A stretch of 64,000 nucleotides of DNA from Candidatus Omnitrophota bacterium (GTDB lineage Bacteria; Omnitrophota; Gorgyraeia; Tantalellales; Tantalellaceae), in the NCBI GenBank assembly GCA_049643885.1, contig JBARQV010000025.1, forward strand, positions 7,382-71,381, given 5' to 3'. Positions 47,602 through 55,618 of the stretch are shown in pieces. The notes beneath the pieces are model-generated. The model was not told the DNA's origin and made no database searches. It worked only from the letters and a program-made list of their open reading frames with translations. The position numbers and the translations under genes were made by a program. Within the stretch, counting starts at the first letter, position 1. Every line of letters starts with the position of its first letter.

Positions 47602-49167
47602 CTATCTCTTCTTCCAGGCGTAATACCTAAGACTGTCCTCCAGCCACTCGCGGCCGTTACGGACGAATTCCGTCCACCGCGAGGCAAGGCACATGCCCCT
47701 GGCAGTATCCGCGTTCCCCTCCCCTATCTTCTGCGAGACCGTGGCCAGGTCAAGCTGCAGGCGGATCGGAACCCGGTTCTTTTCATCTTCCGGAAGCAAT
47801 TTCGCAAGGCTGACCAGCGCGTCCGCTCCTTTAAGGAGTATATCAAAAAGGACTTTCTCTCCGCCTATCGCCCCAACCATGATCTCGTTTACCGGTCCCA
47901 GCCGAAGTATTTCCAGTTCCCCGGTCTGTTTATTGGAAATGTTGTCAGCTCCAAGGTATCCTATACCTTCTTCGGCAAAACCAAGCTGGAATATCCTGTG
48001 ATAAATGGTCTCAAGCCTGGGGCCGTTACTCGACAGGCGGTAATGCGATCTCAGCCCCCAGAGCCCGAAATCTATATGCTCGTTTACCAAAGGGATATAC
48101 CTCCTCTGGAATTTCTTTTCAAATATTTCTAGTGAAGAAACAAGTTTTTCTTCCGCTAGCTGCCGGTCTATGATCATTTTCGCGAGCTTCTCCCTGCGTT
48201 TCCCCGCGCATCCTTCGAGGTAATCTTTGAGTATTTTCAGGGCTACCGCGTCATCCGCGCCCTCGATGGGAAGATCCAGATGCAGGTAACTTGACCTCAT
48301 CTTTTCATCCGAGAAAAAGAGCCGGTATATCCATAAAAGCTCCTTCATCTTTGCTTCATTCGACGTATCGAGATCGATAAATGTCGGATGGATCTCCGAA
48401 ATATCTCCCGAAACCTTCGATAGGTCGGGTATGATGTAACCATCCCCGGCCTTGGTGATCCGGAAACCCCCAAGCCCGCCTCCGCCTTCATGGGGTTTGA
48501 CAAAAAAGGTGTCATCTCCGGTTTCCTCTATAAGTTCATCCACAGCATCAAACATATCCCCGACAACGGCCTTTATACTCTTCCCCTCGACAGGTATTTT
48601 TTTATACATGGCGACCTTATCCCAATTTTTGCCGTCATTAGAAAGCAGCCTGTACGTGCTGTCCTTGTCGGAAAAAACGCTCCCGGGGGCCGTCTCCTGA
48701 CCCGGAACTATAACGGCGCCCATACTCTCCAGATCCATCGCCACGGATACGTTATAAACATTTTTATCCACGCACTGGCTCATTACAAGCGTACTCCCGG
48801 GATACTCGTTCACTTCCTTCATCAGCTCGTCATGCGTGTTGACAACGGTCGATCGTATTTTCCATCCTTTCTCCGCGCACAACTCATTAAAAACACGGGC
48901 AGTCTCATAGGATGTGGGTAGATCGTCATGAGAAGCATTTATGATCACGATCTTTTTAGGAAGTTTATTCAATGATGGTTCCTTTTCCAGGCAGAATTCC
49001 CTGAAAAGGTCCTTCTCTCCAAGGAGCGAGTTGAACAAGTCAATAAGCCTGGTATTATAATCCCCTCCTTCACCGTCAAATATAAGTGACCGCAAATAGA
49101 ACGGCGCCTGGTAAGGGTCATCGCCCTTGTATCCGGTCACATAATATTTCGGGTCTCTTTCTATCAT
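47602..49167 (-). CDS. ATP-grasp-like ligase, 521 aa (unassigned family)
   Basis: Central FFVKPHEGGGGLGGFRI (ATP-grasp Lys and Gly-rich loop), a preceding Rossmann-like pre-domain (KKIVIINASHDD) and a long helical C-terminal extension. It starts 3 nt after the stop of the 482-aa ATP-grasp gene. Confidence 0.45.
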   Translation of the reverse strand: MIERDPKYYVTGYKGDDPYQAPFYLRSLIFDGEGGDYNTRLIDLFNSLLGEKDLFREFCLEKEPSLNKLPKKIVIINASHDDLPTSYETARVFNELCAEKGWKIRSTVVNTHDELMKEVNEYPGSTLVMSQCVDKNVYNVSVAMDLESMGAVIVPGQETAPGSVFSDKDSTYRLLSNDGKNWDKVAMYKKIPVEGKSIKAVVGDMFDAVDELIEETGDDTFFVKPHEGGGGLGGFRITKAGDGYIIPDLSKVSGDISEIHPTFIDLDTSNEAKMKELLWIYRLFFSDEKMRSSYLHLDLPIEGADDAVALKILKDYLEGCAGKRREKLAKMIIDRQLAEEKLVSSLEIFEKKFQRRYIPLVNEHIDFGLWGLRSHYRLSSNGPRLETIYHRIFQLGFAEEGIGYLGADNISNKQTGELEILRLGPVNEIMVGAIGGEKVLFDILLKGADALVSLAKLLPEDEKNRVPIRLQLDLATVSQKIGEGNADTARGMCLASRWTEFVRNGREWLEDSLRYYAWKKR

Positions 49168-49170
49168 TTT

Positions 49171-50619
49171 TTACCCGCTGCTTACCAGCTCGACCTCGCT
49201 CGCACTTCTTAAGCCGAGTTTATTATAAACTCTTGTTATTATCCCCCTCGCCTCGGGAGTCAGTTTTTTCCTGTTCGAAGGGTCAAGCGCTTCTCTCAAA
49301 AATTGTATCTTGCAGATAGACGCGTTCGGTTCGATGACCGAATACTGCCTGGGAACAGAACAAGTGACCAGTATATCATCCGGCCCGCGGCACTCGCCGA
49401 TGAAAGCGCTTTCTTTCCGCAGCACGAACTTTCTTTCCTCTTTCCGGTATATCCCCGGCTTGAGGTTTCCGGTAGCAACGTTCCTCTCCAGGCGGTTATG
49501 CAGGATTACCTGGCTTCCTTTTAAAGGATACATGAGTTCATCGTAAGGAAACTTCCTGAGATACTCCCTCATTACCCTGTCGTTTTTCTGGAGAAATTCC
49601 GCTATATGCAGCAAGAAAAGCATCCCCTTGCGTCCGGGCTGCATGCTTGTGAGCGAAGTGTAAAGGGAAGTCGAGTTCTGGAACCTGGGGTTTATCTCGA
49701 CCGGATATACAGTTTCGTCCTTGACCACAAAATCCATACCGAAGATGCCGCGAAAACCGGACCGGGACATCCATTCCCCGATGGCCCGCATGTTGCCGAC
49801 GGCCCCGTCTATTATTTTCCGCGGGAGCCCGCAGGCCGAAGCATAATCATTACCGCAGAACGCGGACGGAAAATTACTGCACTCCGGGCGGCCGGTGATC
49901 TGGACGGAAGGGAAAGCGCTGAAAACAGCCGGCCCTTTGTCCGTCGAGATTATGATGGCATTGCCGTTTAACGAGTACCCGTTTATATACCTGCGCATGG
50001 TCACTGTCTGATGGGGATAATTTCGACGCAGGCGGTTATATTCTTTTTCCTCATTGATGATAAAAGTAAAATTCCCGCTTGAACCGTATGGGAACTGTAT
50101 GACAAAAGGCAGGGACAACTCTTCGCGGAGGTCCCGGAACGTCTTCTTTTCCAGTTTTTCCACCAGACCCGGGATGCGGGGCAGGCCAAGGTCCCTCAGG
50201 CTTTTTTGAAGAAGCAGTTTATTATCAAAATGTTTTTTCAGTTTCTCCGGCATGGCGTAGATCCTGGGCCTTTTTGACAATGAGCTTCCGTTCTTCTCAA
50301 GTTTCCTCACAGAACGGTAACATAGGATATTCGCCGGTTTCTTGAAACTGTTCAGATAACTGAATATCTCGCGCCCGAGCGCACCCTTGAAACTTTCGTT
50401 CAGGTCCTCGTTAGACCAGTTCTTGCGAGCGCCTGTCTGCTTTTCTACCGAAAAGACATCCTCTTCTCTGAAATAATACGGGATATCGGTCCCGTAATCA
50501 CAGCTGATGATGAAATCCAGCGGGAGGACCCGGTTTATCCCGGCCGCGTCATGAGCGCGCTGCCCCATCCACCCCCACGGGCCATATTTTTCCTTTAGGT
50601 ATTCGACAATTTTCTTCAT
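49171..50619 (-). CDS. ATP-grasp ligase, 482 aa
   Basis: LPFVIQFPYGSSGNFTFII and GIFGMDFVVKDETVYPVEINPRFQNS, the ATP-grasp B and C-domain motifs, with an N-terminal extension of about 130 aa. Confidence 0.6.
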   Translation of the reverse strand: MKKIVEYLKEKYGPWGWMGQRAHDAAGINRVLPLDFIISCDYGTDIPYYFREEDVFSVEKQTGARKNWSNEDLNESFKGALGREIFSYLNSFKKPANILCYRSVRKLEKNGSSLSKRPRIYAMPEKLKKHFDNKLLLQKSLRDLGLPRIPGLVEKLEKKTFRDLREELSLPFVIQFPYGSSGNFTFIINEEKEYNRLRRNYPHQTVTMRRYINGYSLNGNAIIISTDKGPAVFSAFPSVQITGRPECSNFPSAFCGNDYASACGLPRKIIDGAVGNMRAIGEWMSRSGFRGIFGMDFVVKDETVYPVEINPRFQNSTSLYTSLTSMQPGRKGMLFLLHIAEFLQKNDRVMREYLRKFPYDELMYPLKGSQVILHNRLERNVATGNLKPGIYRKEERKFVLRKESAFIGECRGPDDILVTCSVPRQYSVIEPNASICKIQFLREALDPSNRKKLTPEARGIITRVYNKLGLRSASEVELVSSG

Positions 50620-50624
50620 AATAA

Positions 50625-50667
50625 TATGTCATCCCGGAATTCGCCGAAGGCGAATATCCGGGATCAA
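50625..50667. repeat. Family A element, half copy (A3)
   Basis: tatgtcatcccggaATTCGCCGAAGGCGAATatccgggatcaa. It lies in the 44-nt gap between the DUF1704 and ATP-grasp genes and starts 5 nt from the ATP-grasp ATG. Confidence 0.65.
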
Positions 50668-51764
50668 TTAACAATAAACCCCGGCAAGTACTTCGGCGGC
50701 TTCAAGATACCCTCGTCGAGCAGCTTCTTTACAATGCCGACATCTCTCAGGCCGATCTTGCCTATATAAAGAATACTTAAATTTCCTCGATTTTCAACAT
50801 ATCGCCGCATTTTAGGCCACCCGCTGATATAGTGGTAATCGCGGGGGAAACCACCCGGGTTAGATGTGTCCTCGATCCCCCTCTTCGCCCTTTCAGCCAG
50901 CCTGTAGGCCAGGTAATCCGGAAAAAACTCTCTGAGGGCCAGGAACATATCGTAAAACGAGACCTTGAGGCAAAGATCCGCCGCGAGTGTCCTTCCCGCG
51001 TAAAGCTTCATCTGCCGGGTGTCCGTCTCCAGGCACCCCGCCTTCTCTTCAGCAAGAATGGCCAGCCCTTCTTCCGTCTCATCATACCCGGCGAGCCCGT
51101 CCCGGAATATCTTGTAAGGCTGCTCTTCTCCGTTGATACCCCTGTAGACGTGCACCTCGATCTCGTGGACCTTCAACCTTTCGACTTCTTCTTTAGTGTA
51201 ATTGATGGCCGAATTTATATAGACCGTCCTGTCCTTTGATGAAACGGTGATCTTGGGAACGATCTTTCTGCTCAGGACGACTTCCCATCCGATGCCTTTT
51301 TCTTCCAGTCCCTTCCGCAGGACGGAAGCCATCTCCTCCGGCGGCACCGTTTCTTCGGGAAACTCGTATCGCCTTTCCCTGCTCTCTGAAAGGACATTCC
51401 CTGCGATGTCCAGGCATTCTCCGTCCGGCGCGCCGTACAACCTTACCGCGTTCACGGCGAACTGCGGATCGGTGCATTTGATGAGTTCCAGCTGCTCTTG
51501 TATAAAAACGATCTTGTCGATAAAGAGCCTGTGAATATCGTTGCTTTCGTCAAGGGCGTCCCTGGTCTCGCGAAGCCACCTTTCCTGGTAAAAGAACTCG
51601 ACGTCCTTATACTTGTAGACCGGATTATAACGGGCGCCCTTCTTGAAATTCGAAAAGAATTTCTCCTTTTCCTCTTTCTGGTTCAAAGGGGTCAGGTAAG
51701 AATAAAAATCGACCTCTCGCATGATCTCGCTTATGCGATTATCTATCCCGTGCAAATTTATCAT
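50664..51764 (-). CDS. DUF1704/MATCAP-like metallocarboxypeptidase-fold protein (QEGLA-motif family)
   Basis: An HExxxH-type motif (KVHEIEVHVY) and the family's signature ETEEGLAIL (QEGLA-type). Size is about 366 aa. Confidence 0.65.
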   Translation of the reverse strand: MINLHGIDNRISEIMREVDFYSYLTPLNQKEEKEKFFSNFKKGARYNPVYKYKDVEFFYQERWLRETRDALDESNDIHRLFIDKIVFIQEQLELIKCTDPQFAVNAVRLYGAPDGECLDIAGNVLSESRERRYEFPEETVPPEEMASVLRKGLEEKGIGWEVVLSRKIVPKITVSSKDRTVYINSAINYTKEEVERLKVHEIEVHVYRGINGEEQPYKIFRDGLAGYDETEEGLAILAEEKAGCLETDTRQMKLYAGRTLAADLCLKVSFYDMFLALREFFPDYLAYRLAERAKRGIEDTSNPGGFPRDYHYISGWPKMRRYVENRGNLSILYIGKIGLRDVGIVKKLLDEGILKPPKYLPGFIVN

Positions 51765-51765
51765 C

Positions 51766-52449
51766 TTAACGTGGTCTTCCTACCGGCATCATATATACAG
51801 GAGTTTCTTTTTCCGTTCCCAGCACCCCGGCCACTTCCCTGTCCTTGAAAGCGCCGATCATTACCGTCCCGAGCCCCAGGCCTTCGGCCTGGAGGTGGAC
51901 ATTCTGCCCCAGGTGCCCGGCATCCATCGGGACATACATGGAGCGCCCGCGCTCACCGTACCTGCGGGTGGTCTTATCGTAATCTGCCGTTATAACGATC
52001 GTAACAGGCGCTTCACCGACCATGTATTGGCCGCGCGCAGCTTTTCTTAATTCGTTCCTTAGATCTCCCCTCCTCAGTAGAGTAAGGGAATTTTCTCTCC
52101 AGTTGTAACGGTATATTCCCGCCTCAAGCCCGGTGACATTCCCGGCGACCAGAAATATCTCTAATGGATATGACGCCCCGGCCGATGGATAGGACCTGGT
52201 AGGGCCCGTCACACCATCTACGGTCTGACCTCCCGCAGCCCAGAGAAGCTGGGAGACCTCTTCCAAGGTCAAGGGGGCACCGGTGAAGCTGCGGATCGAT
52301 TTTCTTTTGAAGATCGCCTGTTCGACTGATACCTTGCCTTCATACCTGGGCTTGGGAAGGCGAACTACGTCGCCTTGTGTAAGGCCATTTTCAGAAAAGA
52401 ATGCTACAAGTACCGCAAAAAATAAGATCAAAATTACTTTTGCCCGCAT
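51766..52449 (-). CDS. SagB-type dehydrogenase/nitroreductase-fold protein with signal peptide
   Basis: Nitroreductase-fold motifs RKSIRSF, PSAGASYPLEIF and GHLGQNVHLQAEGLGLG. The N-terminal hydrophobic leader is MRAKVILILFFAVLVAFF. Confidence 0.6.
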   Translation of the reverse strand: MRAKVILILFFAVLVAFFSENGLTQGDVVRLPKPRYEGKVSVEQAIFKRKSIRSFTGAPLTLEEVSQLLWAAGGQTVDGVTGPTRSYPSAGASYPLEIFLVAGNVTGLEAGIYRYNWRENSLTLLRRGDLRNELRKAARGQYMVGEAPVTIVITADYDKTTRRYGERGRSMYVPMDAGHLGQNVHLQAEGLGLGTVMIGAFKDREVAGVLGTEKETPVYMMPVGRPR

Positions 52450-52495
52450 GTCCCCCTCCTTTGAAACTTAAGTATATGATATATCAGGGATAAAA

Positions 52496-53896
52496 TCAAA
52501 CTGCATGGAATTCGTAATCGCTTTCTTTGAGTAACGTTTTTCGCCACAACTCGACAGGTTCCATGCAAAGGTAGACCCAACATTTTGCATCAAGAGACCT
52601 TATCCATTCGATTATTTTGTTATACATGTGGATCCTCAGTTTCCTGGGATAACGAAGTTTGCCGTCGGTATCAAGGAAGAACTCACCCTGGTAGAAAATA
52701 AGATTATCCTCAAACCTGTTCTCCGCGGCCTGTTTTAACCCCGGCGTATAGCGTAACGTACCGAGACTTACCCAGGCCGTGTTCTTCCGGATCAGTTCCT
52801 TTGAGAACATCTCCTCGACCACTGTTTTATACTCCTTCTCCCACCCGGGATAATATACTATCGGGTCAAAATGGAAACCGACCTTGTATCCCCTTTTGGC
52901 CGCGCGGATAGCCGCATCTATCCTTTCAGGGACGCTGGCCCCACCCTTCTCGTACTTCCCTGCGACCCTTTCAGTGTTAATGGACCAGGATATGACCACA
53001 TTGTCATGCGGATCCTGCTCTAAACAATTGTCGATCCGGCTCACTTTGGTCTTTAGTTCCAAAACCAGGTTTTTTCGTTTTTTGAAAAAGGGTATCAGGT
53101 ACGACGAATAGTTTGTATACCCGTCAAAAGCGAGGGAGTCCGTAAATTCACCGGTTCCTATCCTCGTCCTGCTTTTAACCTTTTTATCAAAATCTTCTGC
53201 ATATTTATAATAATCCTCTATATTAGCGGGCAGGATCATGCCTGGAGCGTTGCTGTAAGTCTGCAGGTAGCAGTACGAGCAATCAATAGGACAGCCGAAC
53301 CCTATGTTCAGTATCCAGTAGCCGCACCTTTTATACCCTTTAGTGCAGGGACACACCTTGATGAAAGCGGCTCTATTCTTCACCAGGAAGGCGGTTTCTC
53401 TTCTTGAATTGTAAGGGGCTACTGTATCTTCCCGGGATAACGAGTCTAATCCTTCCTTGAGACTGTCGATAGAAATAATTTCGGCGTGGGGGAAGTGCCG
53501 GATAAAAAGGCGGGTCCATTCCAGGTCCTGCACGCTTTTCTCTACAAAAATATTCGAGGGATGCAGCTCAAGATCCCAGGCCGGGCACTCCTCTTGGACC
53601 GCACCTATCATCGCGGGCATTATATGAGGATCGTCATTCGGCCCTATGGTCGGATACCTTATCTCCAGAAGTCTCGTCTTGAACCTGCGGAAAAGCTCCC
53701 CCCTGCCTTCTTCCATGAGTTTATTGATCTCCGCGCGTTCAAAAACCTCCGCGGGGGTGACATTTCCGGCCCGGCATATCTCGAAGATAAGCCTTACCAG
53801 TTCATTCCTTTTATTAACGCCAAGCTTTATGGGAAGTGTTTCGTTTAAAAGGACTTCGACCTTTTCGGCGAAACGCCTGTTGTCCGCGATAGTCAT
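52496..53896 (-). CDS. Spore-photoproduct-lyase-like radical SAM enzyme with about 150-aa N-terminal extension
   Basis: GCPIDCSYCYLQ (CxxxCxxC) and downstream SPL/DNA-repair radical-SAM family blocks. The N-terminal 150 aa have no match to SPL. Confidence 0.7.
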   Translation of the reverse strand: MTIADNRRFAEKVEVLLNETLPIKLGVNKRNELVRLIFEICRAGNVTPAEVFERAEINKLMEEGRGELFRRFKTRLLEIRYPTIGPNDDPHIMPAMIGAVQEECPAWDLELHPSNIFVEKSVQDLEWTRLFIRHFPHAEIISIDSLKEGLDSLSREDTVAPYNSRRETAFLVKNRAAFIKVCPCTKGYKRCGYWILNIGFGCPIDCSYCYLQTYSNAPGMILPANIEDYYKYAEDFDKKVKSRTRIGTGEFTDSLAFDGYTNYSSYLIPFFKKRKNLVLELKTKVSRIDNCLEQDPHDNVVISWSINTERVAGKYEKGGASVPERIDAAIRAAKRGYKVGFHFDPIVYYPGWEKEYKTVVEEMFSKELIRKNTAWVSLGTLRYTPGLKQAAENRFEDNLIFYQGEFFLDTDGKLRYPRKLRIHMYNKIIEWIRSLDAKCWVYLCMEPVELWRKTLLKESDYEFHAV

Positions 53897-53948
53897 GGGG
53901 GTATTATAACGTATTGGCTACGGGGTGTCGACGGGTTTTGGGCAGGCC

Positions 53949-54161
53949 TTATTTTTTTCGGCGTCCCAGTTCAAGGTACAGGAAAGCGGAGAAAAAAAGC
54001 ACGCTGGCCGCAAGATAAAGCAGGTTGTCTTGGATCGCGGAGCCATCTATCGCCACGTTGGCATAGAAACCCCAGAAAAAAAGCGCGGCCAGGAAACACA
54101 AGACGACCCTTACCAGCATCCTCTGCTGACTTGTAAGCTCGTTAAACCATTTTTGAAGCAT
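53949..54161 (-). CDS. Small 2-TM membrane protein
   Basis: 70 aa, two hydrophobic helices and a basic C-terminus. Confidence 0.3.
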   Translation of the reverse strand: MLQKWFNELTSQQRMLVRVVLCFLAALFFWGFYANVAIDGSAIQDNLLYLAASVLFFSAFLYLELGRRKK

Positions 54162-54193
54162 GAAGGACTCCTATCGTTAAGCGGATCTTTGCA

Positions 54194-54853
54194 TCAAAAA
54201 ATTGCCGTAAGCTTGATGCCTATGACATTATAGCCGGTCCATTTATCTTTTTTTTCGCTGTTCTGCAGAAGATAATAAATATCGGCCTTCAGGTACTTGA
54301 TGATCTTCATGGTGAATCCGGCGTAAAAGCGGTTGCGGTAGAATTTCTCACCCTGGAAATCTACAAATATCTCGTCCGCGAGATAGGGCTGGATATCGGA
54401 TTCCGTCCATTTCCATGGGAATTGGGCCGTTAATTTATTCCTATACTGCCATTTGCAGTCTTCATCCTCAAAGTCCCGGTATTCAAGACGGTTCCTGTCG
54501 CTGAGCTTGAACCCGGACAGGTCCCATTTCAGCGTCGCGTCGGCGTGGGGCCTGTTTTCTTCCTTCCATTTTCCTTTTTTCTTTTCATAAATGAGCCGAT
54601 AAAATAAGCCGAGGTCAAGATTACCGTTTACCTTCAACGTGAATCCGCCGTCCGTATGAGTGTAATACAACTCGGAAATATCTCCCCCGAACCTCAACTC
54701 TTCCTCGACCTTGACTTTAAGGTTTTCGTTCAACCTTGCTTCTATACTATCGGTGTTCCAAAGCTGCAAATCCCCGTTCTCGTAAGCAGATGCCGGCATG
54801 ATCCCCGTTAAGATCAGACCCATGACCAGACCCGCACTTATTAATGCTCTCAT
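54194..54853 (-). CDS. Secreted beta-barrel-like protein (DUF2490-like)
   Basis: Start set to MRALISAGLVMGLILTG (a signal peptide). Alternating aromatic/polar beta-strand pattern, ending in F. Confidence 0.45.
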   Translation of the reverse strand: MRALISAGLVMGLILTGIMPASAYENGDLQLWNTDSIEARLNENLKVKVEEELRFGGDISELYYTHTDGGFTLKVNGNLDLGLFYRLIYEKKKGKWKEENRPHADATLKWDLSGFKLSDRNRLEYRDFEDEDCKWQYRNKLTAQFPWKWTESDIQPYLADEIFVDFQGEKFYRNRFYAGFTMKIIKYLKADIYYLLQNSEKKDKWTGYNVIGIKLTAIF

Positions 54854-54883
54854 GCTTTCCAAATCGACAAGGGTTTTTAAAAA

Positions 54884-54960
<77 letters not shown>

Positions 54961-54987
54961 ACCGTACATATAGAGCAGTGCTTTTAA

Positions 54988-55008
54988 TGGTGCGGGTGGA
55001 GGGATTTG
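54988..55008. repeat. 21-nt duplicate of the tRNA-Leu(TAG) 3' end
   Basis: tggtgcgggtggagggatttg is identical to 55196-55216, the tRNA-Leu 3' end, and lies 187 bp downstream of that tRNA. Confidence 0.6.
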
Positions 55009-55195
55009 GCGCCTCCGTCCCGCTAAACATGTTTTTATTCCTCGCTTCCGCTCGTCAAAAAACATATCGGGACTCCGGTCGGCCATCCGCCGCTTCGGTT
55101 GTGGTCGTTTCTTCGCCAGCTCAGAAACTCCCTTTATTAAAACCTCAGCGGCTCCCTTCAACTCCCCACCATTCTATGCAATTACTGGCGAAAAG

Positions 55196-55279
55196 TGGTG
55201 CGGGTGGAGGGATTTGAACCCCCACGGATAAACCACTGGCTCCTAAGGCCAGCGCGTCTGCCAATTCCGCCACACCCGC
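55196..55279 (-). tRNA. tRNA-Leu (TAG)
   Basis: GCGGGTG-TG-GCGG-AATTGGCAGA-CGC-GCTGGC-CTTAGGA-GCCAG-TGGTTTATCCGTGG (long variable arm)-GGG-TTCAAAT-CCC-TCCACCCGC-A-CCA. Confidence 0.85.
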
Positions 55280-55323
55280 CTAAAACAGACTTCAGACATC
55301 AGTCTGTTGTCTGTGGTCTGAAA

Positions 55324-55402
55324 TGGTCGGGAAGGCGGGATTTGAACCCGCGACCCCCTGCTCCCAAAGCAGGTGCGCTAGCCAGGCTGCGCTACTTCCC
55401 GC
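55324..55402 (-). tRNA. tRNA-Pro (TGG)
   Basis: GCGGGAAGTAGCGCAGCCTGGCTAGCGCACCTGC-TTTGGGA-GCAGGGGGTCGCGGGTTCAAATCCCGCCTTCCCGACCA. Confidence 0.85.
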
Positions 55403-55409
55403 AAAAATA

Positions 55410-55486
55410 TGGGGTGAGCGATGGGGATTGAACCCACGACCACCTGAGCCACAGTCAGGCGCTCTACCAGCTGAGCTACGCTCACC
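55410..55486 (-). tRNA. tRNA-His (GTG) with encoded G-1
   Basis: G-GTGAGCG-TA-GCTC-AGCTGGTA-GAGC-G-CCTGA-CTGTGGC-TCAGG-TGGTC-GTGGG-TTCAATC-CCCAT-CGCTCAC-C-CCA. The extra 5' G pairs with C73, as is characteristic of bacterial tRNA-His. Confidence 0.88.
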
Positions 55487-55498
55487 ACGATTAACGAT

Positions 55499-55527
55499 AT
55501 TCTATGTGCTAAGGATATGTAAGTCAA
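55499..55527 (-). promoter_or_regulatory. Putative sigma70 promoter of the His-Pro-Leu-Arg tRNA operon
   Basis: Minus strand: TTGACT, a 17-nt spacer, TAGAAT, then 8 nt to the tRNA-His G-1. An A/T-rich UP-like tract lies upstream. Confidence 0.5.
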
Positions 55528-55618
55528 TAAAAAACCCCACGCCGGAAAATCCATTTTAAGCCGGAAAAGCGATAAGCTTTCTTGCAGGCTCAATTTCTCC
55601 ATGATATACTAACCAATC

